A DNA stretch of 64,000 nt from Candidatus Babeliales bacterium (GTDB taxonomy: Bacteria > Babelota > Babeliae > Babelales > JANWKD01). Below are positions 38,150-47,932 of the stretch, piece after piece (within the stretch, counting starts at the first letter, position 1; the number at the start of each line of letters is the position of its first letter). Under the pieces are notes generated by a model, which worked only from the letters and a program-made list of their open reading frames with translations, had not been told where the DNA came from and made no database searches. The position numbers were made by a program, and so were the translations under genes. The DNA lies in NCBI GenBank assembly GCA_963722075.1, contig CAVRJM010000001.1, forward strand, positions 512,001 to 576,000, given 5' to 3'.

Positions 38150-40091
38150 GATATGAAAATAGCTTTAATCCAGCTAAACCGCCTATAAGCGTTGAAACAG
38201 TTACTCCAAACGGATAATCTTCTAACGCTTGCGCGGTATATTTTAATCCCAGGTAACCTAAACTCCCCCCCAATAAAGCACCAAATCCAAAACTACCAAG
38301 TTTGGCTAAGAATAATAATTTGCCGTGTCGATTACATGAATCATTACAAGATTTAATTTCTACAATTTTTCCGAGCTCATTGTATAAAGGAATAAGATCA
38401 TCAATTTCTTTTAATGATTTAAAATCACGCGAAATAATATCATCTTTATGATACGGACAGGAATTATTGTCCACATAAATAGTAGCTTTCTTTTTGACTA
38501 TTTCATTAATCAATAACATCTGTTTTATGGTCAATTTATTTAAACAATTTATTTCTAGCTGTTTAAATACACATAATTGATCATATCCTTTCTGTAACAT
38601 TCCCGGTTTTTGGTGATTTGTAAAGACAAAATAAGGATCATTAAATCTTTGAAATTGAATATTTTTAAATTCTGAATAATGAGAATAACTCCCATACCAC
38701 CACCATATAGAAGAGTTAGAATCTCCCCTTAAACAGCATTTATTAGTTTCTAAATTAATGAAACCCCAATAAATAGGAGTTGCTATTGCACAACTGTTAT
38801 TATTGAAAATAATATCGATAAATTTGCCATAAGCAGTATTTATAGAATTACCTAAAAAGATCGCCGATGATTCATCATTTTCAGAATCGGCTTCTTTTAA
38901 AAAGTCCCTTACTTCTACCGCGTTTTCAATAATTGAGTATGCTACGATATAACGTGCATTGGGAGAAATTGCTATCCGAGTAAGATCAGATAAATTAAGA
39001 TGATACTCTTTTTTTGGTGCCTTTTCATCTTCTAAAGTAATAAGCTTTAGTGTTACTTTTCTGGAACGATCCTTATATCCATACGCCACATACGAACCAT
39101 CAGGAGCAAATGTTATTTTTGGTAAAACAGTTACCCCATACATATGCTGTTCTTTAACGATTGGTTCAGCATTATTTTTAGCGTATACATACAACCCTTT
39201 ATTAGTATAAAGAGCATAAAAATTAGTATCCGGTGAGACAATAATATTAATAATAATATCTGGACAATTAATATCGATCGTTTCTAATGTTTTTTTATTA
39301 ATAAGACTTTTTATTTTAAGCTGTTTTGTATCTTCATTGTATAATGCAATTCGATTATTATCGCAAAAAGAATAAAAGGTACTGCTACGCGAAAAAATAG
39401 GTCTAACTTGAATACCAGTAAGGTCATAAATAGTAAGCGGTTTCTCATTTTGTTTTGTAGTGATAGCCAGATACCCATTAGAAGCAATATTACAATCATC
39501 AATAGAATCAATTAATTGCGTATGTACTAAAAAAGGCTTTTTCAACTTTTCTTTTAACTGTAGAATTTTCTCTATTTTAATCGCAATTTTAATACTCATA
39601 TCGTCAGATAATTCAGCACCATTTTTTTTTGAAAAAGGATAATTCATTCCCGTTTTATTATATTTTTTAATACAAAAAAGAGCATAATAATCTGCCAATT
39701 GATCAAGAACTGGTTCTGCATCCAAATAATTTAATGCATTAAGAAGCATAATAATCTGCTCTTTATTAAAATTATCATGTATAAAACAAGGATCGATTAT
39801 TTTATTATTTTCAAAATAATGCGTTAGTAAATCATCTAAATCCGCAAGCAATTGTAAATTAAAAAACTCAGGTAGGTTTACAGAAACTTCCCCTCCTAAG
39901 GCATCATTAATATTAACAATGGTTTTACACAGCATCGCTTTTTCAGATGATAAATTATACTCTGTTTTATCACTGAGCTCTAACACTACCGCTTTTTCAC
40001 CATTTATATTCCTTATACCCTCCGGAAATTCCATGGGATGTACCTTCGATGTTAAAAGAAGAGAAAATAAGAAGATAAGTATTTTTTTCAT
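38130..40091 (-). CDS. Exported Skp1/BTB-like + WD40-like beta-propeller protein with C-terminal membrane anchor
   Basis: VVLELSDKTEY...CKTIVNI...LLNALNYLDAEPVLD resembles Skp1/BTB. VSPD, FAPDG.YVA and ISPNARYIVA are propeller-type repeats. Confidence 0.7.
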   Translation of the reverse strand: MKKILIFLFSLLLTSKVHPMEFPEGIRNINGEKAVVLELSDKTEYNLSSEKAMLCKTIVNINDALGGEVSVNLPEFFNLQLLADLDDLLTHYFENNKIIDPCFIHDNFNKEQIIMLLNALNYLDAEPVLDQLADYYALFCIKKYNKTGMNYPFSKKNGAELSDDMSIKIAIKIEKILQLKEKLKKPFLVHTQLIDSIDDCNIASNGYLAITTKQNEKPLTIYDLTGIQVRPIFSRSSTFYSFCDNNRIALYNEDTKQLKIKSLINKKTLETIDINCPDIIINIIVSPDTNFYALYTNKGLYVYAKNNAEPIVKEQHMYGVTVLPKITFAPDGSYVAYGYKDRSRKVTLKLITLEDEKAPKKEYHLNLSDLTRIAISPNARYIVAYSIIENAVEVRDFLKEADSENDESSAIFLGNSINTAYGKFIDIIFNNNSCAIATPIYWGFINLETNKCCLRGDSNSSIWWWYGSYSHYSEFKNIQFQRFNDPYFVFTNHQKPGMLQKGYDQLCVFKQLEINCLNKLTIKQMLLINEIVKKKATIYVDNNSCPYHKDDIISRDFKSLKEIDDLIPLYNELGKIVEIKSCNDSCNRHGKLLFLAKLGSFGFGALLGGSLGYLGLKYTAQALEDYPFGVTVSTLIGGLAGLKLFSYLSGRFQ

Positions 40092-40235
40092 AACCTTTTA
40101 TTTCCATTTGAAATTATTTTATCAGATTTGAGCCGCAGCCCTTTATTACAGCATAACAGTAATTATAATTTTGTAAACTAATATACATTATTATAAAAAA
40201 TAGAGAATAGCTCAATGACAAATATGAAATAACCT

Positions 40236-42608
40236 TCACTCAGTCATTAAAAATGGGATTACTGAATCAGCATTTAAAGAAAGTGATGTAATCCCCTGAC
40301 TAATCAGAAATTGTGCAAATTCAGGATAATCGGATGGGGCCTGGCCACAGATACCGATAGGCTTTTCATGCCTAAGCGCCCCTTCTATCACCAATTTACA
40401 CATTTTCTTTACTGCTTTATCCCGCTCATCAAATAACGGCGCTAATAATGCCGAATCGCGATCCACTGCCAGTGTGGTTTGCGTTAAATCGTTTGATCCA
40501 ATAGAAAAGCCATCAAAAAGGGTGCAAAAATCATCGATTAACAATACATTTGAAGGTATTTCAACCATCATATAAATCTTTAATCCATTTTCTTTTTGAA
40601 CTAAGCCATTTTTCTTCATAATGGTTATAACCTGCCACGCTTCTTCCATCGTTCTGACAAAAGGAAGCATCAGAATGATATTAGTTAGCCCCATTTCATC
40701 ACGGGCTTTTTTCATTGCTGCACATTCAAGCGCAAATGCTGGCGCATAGAGCTCATTATAATAGCGCGAAGCACCGCGTAACCCCAGCATCGGGTTACTT
40801 TCAACTGGTTCAAAATAAGAGCCACCTAATAAATCGCGATATTCATTGGTCTTAAAATCTGAAAACCGCACAATTACTTCATGGGGATAAAAGGCTGCCG
40901 CTATTGAACCGATGCCTTGTGCTAAGGAGTTAACAAAAAAATCACGTGGATTATCATATGCTGCGGACAGCTCATTTATTTCCTGCTTAATATGAGCATC
41001 AGTTATCATTTCTGGTTGGGCAAATGCCATCGGATGCGCTTTAATCGTATGGGCAATAATAAATTCTATGCGTGCTAACCCTACTCCTGATATAAGCGGT
41101 AACTGACATACACTAAAGGCAGCTGCCGGGTCAGCAACATTTACCATAATAGCTACGGGCGGTTTATGAAGATTTTTGGTATCAACTTCCTGGACCGTAA
41201 AAGGAACCGCGCCTTCATATACGTATCCTTGCGCGCCTTGGCTGCAATCAATAGTAATAGCGCTCCCATCTTTTATTTTTTGCGTTGCATTAAATGCCCC
41301 AATAACTGCCGGAATACCCAGTTCACGGCTCACAATAGCCGCATGACACGTACGCCCTCCCGATTCAGTAATAATACCGCCAGCTTTTTGCATAAGCGGT
41401 ACCCAATCAGGATCGGTCATATAGGTAACTAAAATATCACCCTTATTAAATTGGCCAATATCTTTAGGATTTTTAATAATACGTGCAACACCAGAAACAA
41501 TTTTAGAACCAATACTTTGCCCTTCTAACAGTATTTTTTTATCCGTTTCTTTGAGCATATATTGTTTTAAAAACCCACGTTGTTTTTTTATTGAATGAAC
41601 CGTTTCAGGACGAGCTTGCACAATATACAAAAAGCCATCAATGCCATCCTTAGCCCATTCAACATCCATCGGAGTCCATTGACCATTAATAGTTGAATAA
41701 TAATCCTCAATAATCATGATATTATTAGATAATTCAAGTATTTCTTCATCTGATAAACAAAACTGATTTATTTTATCTTCAGGAACCGTTACCCATTCAA
41801 TTTTTTTTTCTGCACCATAGACCAACTTTTTTGTTTTATTGCCAAGCATTTTTTTTATAATAGGCTTATATCCTTTTTTGAGCGTCGTTTTAAAAACATG
41901 AAATTCATCAGGATTGATGGCTCCTTGTACCACCGCTTCACCTAATCCATAGGAGCCGTTGATCATAATAAGATCTTTAAAACCTGACTCAGTATCCAAT
42001 GAAAAGCCAACGCCTGCTGCTGCTAAATCTGAGCGCACCATTTTTTGTACTGCAATAGAAAGCGCCACTTTAAAATGATCAAATCCTTTGGTTGTGCGAT
42101 AAATGATAGCACGATCGGTAAATAGTGATGCAAAACATTTTTTGCACGCCTCTAATAATTCTTTAGTGCCTTGAATATGCAAAAAACTTTCTTGTTGTCC
42201 TGCAAATGAAGCCCCCGGCAGATCTTCAGCAGTCGCTGATGAGCGTACTGCTACATCCACGTTATTTTGCTTGTAATGCAGTGAAAGTTGGTTATATGCT
42301 GCAATAATTTCTTCTGCTAATTCATTGGGCATACTACCGGTAGTAAACAAACGCCGGAGCTGTAATCCGGCGTTTTTAAGTTGTTGAAAATCAGTAATAT
42401 CAACGGCATTTAAAATAGTTTTTATGTGATCATGAAGTTTATTAAATTCAATATAACGCCAATACGCAGCAGATGTGATAGCAAAACCAAAAGGAATTTT
42501 GATACGATCACTTAATTGCGTCGTCATTTGCCCTAATGATGCTGTTTTACCGCCAACCAATGCCGTGTCATTTATGCGTATTTCATCGAACCATTTAATA
42601 AATTTCAT
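40236..42608 (-). CDS. ppsA: Phosphoenolpyruvate synthase
   Basis: VGGK, VAVRSSATAED, EWAKDG, QARPETV, GGRTCHAAI, GFSIGSNDLTQ, CGQAPSD. Confidence 0.97.
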   Translation of the reverse strand: MKFIKWFDEIRINDTALVGGKTASLGQMTTQLSDRIKIPFGFAITSAAYWRYIEFNKLHDHIKTILNAVDITDFQQLKNAGLQLRRLFTTGSMPNELAEEIIAAYNQLSLHYKQNNVDVAVRSSATAEDLPGASFAGQQESFLHIQGTKELLEACKKCFASLFTDRAIIYRTTKGFDHFKVALSIAVQKMVRSDLAAAGVGFSLDTESGFKDLIMINGSYGLGEAVVQGAINPDEFHVFKTTLKKGYKPIIKKMLGNKTKKLVYGAEKKIEWVTVPEDKINQFCLSDEEILELSNNIMIIEDYYSTINGQWTPMDVEWAKDGIDGFLYIVQARPETVHSIKKQRGFLKQYMLKETDKKILLEGQSIGSKIVSGVARIIKNPKDIGQFNKGDILVTYMTDPDWVPLMQKAGGIITESGGRTCHAAIVSRELGIPAVIGAFNATQKIKDGSAITIDCSQGAQGYVYEGAVPFTVQEVDTKNLHKPPVAIMVNVADPAAAFSVCQLPLISGVGLARIEFIIAHTIKAHPMAFAQPEMITDAHIKQEINELSAAYDNPRDFFVNSLAQGIGSIAAAFYPHEVIVRFSDFKTNEYRDLLGGSYFEPVESNPMLGLRGASRYYNELYAPAFALECAAMKKARDEMGLTNIILMLPFVRTMEEAWQVITIMKKNGLVQKENGLKIYMMVEIPSNVLLIDDFCTLFDGFSIGSNDLTQTTLAVDRDSALLAPLFDERDKAVKKMCKLVIEGALRHEKPIGICGQAPSDYPEFAQFLISQGITSLSLNADSVIPFLMTE

Positions 42609-42617
42609 CGAAGTCTA

Positions 42618-43142
42618 TTACCTTTCATACGTTGCCATCAGCGTTGCTTTTTCACGTATATGATTGTTCATTGCACTCAATAATTCTTGTTTAGTGACTC
42701 CATCCTTCAGATTCAATGTAGTATCTAACGCATATAATGTAAAATAATAATGATGTGTCCCATGCCCTTTAGGCGGGCACGCGCCTTGATATTTAATTTG
42801 GTTACTAGAATTCATTCCTTGTTGCATTGGTTTGGTTATGTTAGCACCTTCTGGTAAATTGCTAACGGTAGGCTCAATATTATACACCAGCCAATGTACC
42901 CACGTACCACCGGGTGCATCTGGATCATCAACGATCAGCGCTAAACTTTTAGTGCCGTCAGGAATTCCTGACCATTGCAAGGAAGGATTAACTTCATCAC
43001 CTTCGCAGGTATATTTTTTGGGCAACCGATCCCCATCATTAAATACTGAACTGATAAGCTTCATAGGAGCTCCTTTAAGATTATTCACTGGTAATATGCT
43101 TAATATGATAATTAACACAATAGCTGGTTTTTTCATACACAC
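42618..43142 (-). CDS. YbhB/YbcL (PEBP/Raf kinase inhibitor-like) protein
   Basis: DDPDAP, WVHW, Y.G.CPP, HHYYFTLYALD; N-terminal signal. Confidence 0.93.
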   Translation of the reverse strand: MCMKKPAIVLIIILSILPVNNLKGAPMKLISSVFNDGDRLPKKYTCEGDEVNPSLQWSGIPDGTKSLALIVDDPDAPGGTWVHWLVYNIEPTVSNLPEGANITKPMQQGMNSSNQIKYQGACPPKGHGTHHYYFTLYALDTTLNLKDGVTKQELLSAMNNHIREKATLMATYER

Positions 43143-43288
43143 CCTTTCAATTTAACTTTCTGACAATTTACTTTTAATAGTATTAAAACAATTTACAAAG
43201 AAACAAATAATTGTTAAAATTATGTAATTATTAATGATATTATTTAGTGTTTTACTTATTTTACATCCTCAACAGTAAGGAGCTTCTG

Positions 43289-43447
43289 ATGAATCATAGT
43301 TCATCTCGTATCTTTCCTTTTTCTCACACCCTTCAAACTACCCAAACTATTATCATTAATACAGTTATTTTAGTTTCTTCAATGAGTATGTGCTCCTTAT
43401 CAATGTGTGCCAGTATAACCAACGGCGCCTTATCATACGCCTATTAA
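43289..43447 (+). promoter_or_regulatory. Putative leader peptide (Thr/Ile/Val/Leu cluster) upstream of brnQ
   Basis: RBS AAGGAG; 52-aa ORF containing TTQTIIINTVILV; T-rich tract after the stop; 77 nt before brnQ. Confidence 0.45.
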
Positions 43448-43524
43448 ATTTTCTTTTTTCTCTATTTTTTAATTTAAATCGATAATGCAAGGTTTTCATT
43501 TAAACCTATAAAGGATATTTTTTT

Positions 43525-44685
43525 ATGAAACGTTTTTTTAAATCGGAAATAATAGCTACTGGTCTTGCTATTTTCTCCATGTTTTTTGGGGCAGGTAATT
43601 TAATTTTTCCGCTCAAAGTTGGTCTTATTGCAGGTGAAAAAAATATATGGGCAATTTCTGGCTTTCTTCTTACCGGTGTTTTATTACCGCTCTTGGGATT
43701 GCTTGTTATTATTCTTTTTAATGGTGATTATAAAGCTTTTTTTCATCGCTTAGGAAAAGCTCCCGGCGACTGCTTTATACTCTTTTGCATGCTCTTTATG
43801 GGCCCGCTGGTTGCGATGCCACGTATTGTAACTTTCTCTCATATTATGGTTGCACCCTTTCTAGGTAATATCTCTTTAGTGCTTTATACTGCTATTTTTT
43901 TGCTATTAACCTTTTTAGGTACCTATAAAGAAAGCCGTATCATCAATTTACTTGGGTATATCATCAGCCCACTGCTTTTACTTTCGTTAGCCATAATTAT
44001 TATAAAAGGATTATTCATTCATAATCAAGCAACAACCGCCTACCTTTCTAATATAAATTTATTTTTAGAAAGTATAAAAATTGGGTATAACACGCTGGAT
44101 GTTATTGGAGCTATTTTCTTTTCTTCAATTGTTATCACCATTTTAAAAGAAAATCTAAAAGATCACTCAGAAAAATCATTAAAGAAATTAGCGATTATGG
44201 GTCTTAAATCGGGTCTTATCGGTGTTTCATTGCTTGCAATTATTTATGTTGGTATGAGCTATTTAGGTGTATTTCACGGATCAGGTCTAGAAAGTTTAAA
44301 TGAAGGAGAACTTTTTAGCGCTATTTCATTTAGAATTTTAGGTTGTCAAGGCGCAATTATTATTGCATTAGCGGTATTCATGGCATGCTATTCAACAATA
44401 GTCGCTTTAACTGCTGTTGTTTCTGAGTATCTACAGCATACTATTTTTAAAAACAAAATAAGTTATCTTAATGCCTTATTAATAGTGCTGTCTGTTACTG
44501 CCATAATTTCCAACTTTGGGCTAGGCTCAATCTTAGCATTCTCTAGACCATTTATTAATGCAGCATACCCAGCATTGATTATGCTTATTATTTGTAATCT
44601 TGCTTACAAAATTTGGGGTTTTAAACCGGTAAAATTGCCGGTATTTATTACCTTAATTATTTCATGCATTTTATTTTTACGATAA
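43525..44685 (+). CDS. brnQ: Branched-chain amino acid transporter (LIVCS family)
   Basis: FSMFFGAGNLIFP, GP..AMPR, GYNTLD, YP..I.L. Confidence 0.93.
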   Translation: MKRFFKSEIIATGLAIFSMFFGAGNLIFPLKVGLIAGEKNIWAISGFLLTGVLLPLLGLLVIILFNGDYKAFFHRLGKAPGDCFILFCMLFMGPLVAMPRIVTFSHIMVAPFLGNISLVLYTAIFLLLTFLGTYKESRIINLLGYIISPLLLLSLAIIIIKGLFIHNQATTAYLSNINLFLESIKIGYNTLDVIGAIFFSSIVITILKENLKDHSEKSLKKLAIMGLKSGLIGVSLLAIIYVGMSYLGVFHGSGLESLNEGELFSAISFRILGCQGAIIIALAVFMACYSTIVALTAVVSEYLQHTIFKNKISYLNALLIVLSVTAIISNFGLGSILAFSRPFINAAYPALIMLIICNLAYKIWGFKPVKLPVFITLIISCILFLR

Positions 44686-44758
44686 AAAAGTTGTAAAAAA
44701 ACTGATTTTTCTTACAATTATTGCATTAGTCTAACATATCAAATGCATGTGAGTATTT

Positions 44759-44926
44759 ATGAATAAAAAACACACTGGTTTATTTTTACTATGTAGTTTC
44801 GCAATAATAACATTATCAGTTGGTTGCAGAAGAAGCAGCCAAGAAGTTGTTATTGTTGAAGAACAACGAGTATCCGGTCCTCTTTCAGATAATGATGTTA
44901 CTTGGTCTAAGGAAGATTACCGATAA
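44759..44926 (+). CDS. Small putative lipoprotein (55 aa)
   Basis: Manual translation MNKKHTGLFLLCSFAIITLSVG-CRRSSQEVVIVEEQRVSGPLSDNDVTWSKEDYR; lipobox-like SVGC. Not in the ORF track. Confidence 0.65.
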   Translation: MNKKHTGLFLLCSFAIITLSVGCRRSSQEVVIVEEQRVSGPLSDNDVTWSKEDYR

Positions 44927-44937
44927 AATATACCTCT

Positions 44938-45013
44938 TGTCATTACGAGGCTTTTAGCCGTGGTAATCCAGAAAATGGGTCACCACGGTGCCCAAATGCA
45001 CTTCGTGATGACA
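44938..45013. repeat. REP-like palindromic doublet
   Basis: TGTCATTACGAG...CGTGGTAATCCA / TGGGTCACCACG...TTCGTGATGACA. Confidence 0.8.
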
Positions 45014-45384
45014 AAATATCAACTTCCCTTTAATTTTTTAAGGAGGTACAAACGCTTTTCCTTTATGCTTCAAGTCTCTACATGCTTAGTCTTTACATAC
45101 AACCCTCCAAAAGACGAATGTATACGCAAACGGCATGCTGCTTCAAACATTTTTGGAAACTATCCATACCTCCAATTTATAGAATCTTCATGGCAAATAA
45201 GCAGGAATAACCTTCATTTTATTAAGCTATAACCGCTATAAGATATCACTGATCTCTATTATAACTCTACCAACTATCATTTCTATTTGTCAATAATTAA
45301 GCAATTTGCCATTAATGACTAATTGACTATTACTAAATAATTGATAAAATAATAATATATATATAAAACTTTATGGAGATTTTC

Positions 45385-47793
45385 ATGAATTATAGGTATT
45401 TTATTCTTCTTTTTACCTTCATTGGGCTTTCTTATTCTGTCATTTTTCCAGGCCGCTTTAATATCTACCTAAAAAATAATACTAGAATGCGTGCTTTATT
45501 TTCATCTCGGAATAGCCTTATTTCTAGCAGCGTTTTCCGTAATTCGTTATTGAAGAAAATAAAACCTTCCTTAAAGAAATTTGATTATCTAAAACGTTTT
45601 TTTACTATAGGTGTGGGATTCGCAGGATATTCCTTAGCAACCTTACCTTACATCGATACATCTCATATAAAGATTTCATTGGAACAATTTAAAAAAGAAT
45701 TAGAAAACCCGCACCGCGTTGCGCACATCATATTATATGATGAAGATCTTTACGAACAATATATTGAATTTATTAATGTTAATTTTTACGAATTAATAAC
45801 CAGTCGCCAAAGAGTCAATATTTTTAAGGTGCTTGACCTTCTTATTAAGAATGACAAAGATAATATTAATTATTTTTATGAATCAATTAAAACTAATTTT
45901 AACCATATAGTGGAAACCAAATCTGGGTTATCTTTTCTGCAAAATATTATTGAAAGTCGTTTAACATTAATTGATCGTGGGTCATACAATAAAGGCAAAA
46001 AAACATATTTTTCAACGTATGATAATGATGCCATTATTAATGATTTAGTAGAATTATGTTTTGAACCTAAAAGCGCTTTATATAGATCAATGGAAGGTAT
46101 AAGGATCTTGTGGGATTTCTTATTAATTGAAGGAGAAATCTCAAACAAAGCCGGTAAACTAATTTTTATGAAACTCAATAGGTTTAATGATTATTGCTTT
46201 CCCTATCTGGATAGATTACCCCTTGATTACTTAAAGGAAACAGTTACTCATCATGAGCTAAAAGAAATTGTTAATGGATTATTAATAAATACACCACGGG
46301 TCTCATGGTTAGCCCAAATTTTATGGGTGATTAAGCATATCAATGAAGAAACACCAGTTTTAATCAAAGAAATGTTTCTCGAATCCATAAAAAAATCTAT
46401 TCCGATGCCCTATTTAACAGAGGGATGTATTGATCGGCTACTTAAGCCTAATGACCAAAGTGTTTTAATTCCTCTTCTTATGGATAACATTGCGCTCGCA
46501 GCTCAATCACCAGGACTAGCAAATTTAATTACTAGTCACCTAAAAAATAATCCTCAATTAGCATCTCAGTTTTGCAAAACAATAATTAACTTTTGGAATA
46601 AAATAGAAGATTTCCCCTATGCCTTTAAGCTTGCTCAACACTGCATAATTCATGATACAACCACCATTCCATTTTTTATTTCACAGATTAAACCTTCCTC
46701 CAATCTTCAATATCTAGAAGTTGTTTGCATAAATGCTTCCGGTAATAAGGATTTAAAAAACAAATTAGAAGAAGTAATGGAGTCGAATAGTCTTAATAAT
46801 TTTGAAAAAATCGCACGACTTATTAGTTATAGTTATTACTGTACCCATGATTCACACTCATTACTTTCCAAAATTCCTTCGGGTCCAACCAAAAGACATC
46901 TTATTCAAAATAAACATTTGTTTTTAAGCAGCCAAGTGCTTTCTTTTTATTCAAATAACAAAGAACTCAGCGCATTTGCTAATGCTATAATGACATATGA
47001 GGGATTATTACAAAATAATTATTATACGTTTGTACATGGCCAAAAAAGTTGTTATTTATTACCGGAACTTCTTTACACCTTCCTTAATAAAATTAAATAT
47101 GATACCCATACTCATCAGGATTTTATCTATTTACACGTTAAAAAATTAAATAACGATCTGAAAAGTGAAAAACAATTACGCAAATCTATTTTAAAAAATG
47201 GAAGGGGCTTAAGTAATCATCCTTTCCTCTTGTTCACCAATTACACTTTATTTGGTAATGAAATGCATGGAGGGGAAAATACAGCGAAGTATATTGCAGT
47301 CAATGCTAATCAAACTGATGTAGAATTAAATTTTGATGAAATTTTTTATAATCATGATTTACCTCATGATATTTATAATAAATATAAAGCTCGTTTAGAG
47401 CATCTTCAACGAGAATATTTACAATTGACTCCCTATGGCACCTGTATTCTAATTGCAATTCCAAAAGTCACCGCACATAAACATGTTTATTTAACACTGC
47501 CAGAGGGATATAAAAATAGCCTTGAATTTAAAAATGGCATTACAACTAATGACATGCAACTTTTTATGAAAAAATTGGAAAAGTCGCCAGAACTTATTAA
47601 AAACACTGATGAACTTATATTTTGCATCCCCATGACTACCGATAAAAATGGCGGCTTAAACCCAGAAAGCGGTATCAAAGTTTTTCCTTTTAGCGCAGCT
47701 AATCCATCAGCTTTAGATGCCTGGTACGCACAAGTACATGCGCTATTTGATGAAATATCGGAGGATATTAAAAATCATGGCCACAACAATTAA
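45385..47793 (+). CDS. Exported protein family, paralog 1 (conserved YYTFVHGQ C-terminal domain)
   Basis: ATG 45385 after GGAG; C-terminal ~270 aa shared with the two following ORFs. Confidence 0.85.
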   Translation: MNYRYFILLFTFIGLSYSVIFPGRFNIYLKNNTRMRALFSSRNSLISSSVFRNSLLKKIKPSLKKFDYLKRFFTIGVGFAGYSLATLPYIDTSHIKISLEQFKKELENPHRVAHIILYDEDLYEQYIEFINVNFYELITSRQRVNIFKVLDLLIKNDKDNINYFYESIKTNFNHIVETKSGLSFLQNIIESRLTLIDRGSYNKGKKTYFSTYDNDAIINDLVELCFEPKSALYRSMEGIRILWDFLLIEGEISNKAGKLIFMKLNRFNDYCFPYLDRLPLDYLKETVTHHELKEIVNGLLINTPRVSWLAQILWVIKHINEETPVLIKEMFLESIKKSIPMPYLTEGCIDRLLKPNDQSVLIPLLMDNIALAAQSPGLANLITSHLKNNPQLASQFCKTIINFWNKIEDFPYAFKLAQHCIIHDTTTIPFFISQIKPSSNLQYLEVVCINASGNKDLKNKLEEVMESNSLNNFEKIARLISYSYYCTHDSHSLLSKIPSGPTKRHLIQNKHLFLSSQVLSFYSNNKELSAFANAIMTYEGLLQNNYYTFVHGQKSCYLLPELLYTFLNKIKYDTHTHQDFIYLHVKKLNNDLKSEKQLRKSILKNGRGLSNHPFLLFTNYTLFGNEMHGGENTAKYIAVNANQTDVELNFDEIFYNHDLPHDIYNKYKARLEHLQREYLQLTPYGTCILIAIPKVTAHKHVYLTLPEGYKNSLEFKNGITTNDMQLFMKKLEKSPELIKNTDELIFCIPMTTDKNGGLNPESGIKVFPFSAANPSALDAWYAQVHALFDEISEDIKNHGHNN

Positions 47794-47932
47794 TATTATT
47801 ACTTCTGGTAGCTCATCAATACATGAGATGAAATGATTTCTGCTTGTCAATAATTAAGCAACTGCCAGCAATATTTAATTGACTATTACTTAATTACTGG
47901 TAAAATAAAAAATAGATATTATGGAGGTTTTC

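Noticed and set aside
44960..45232. 90-aa ORF
   Set aside because: Starts inside a repeat and has no RBS or recognisable motif; the region may be a decayed remnant but I cannot assign it.
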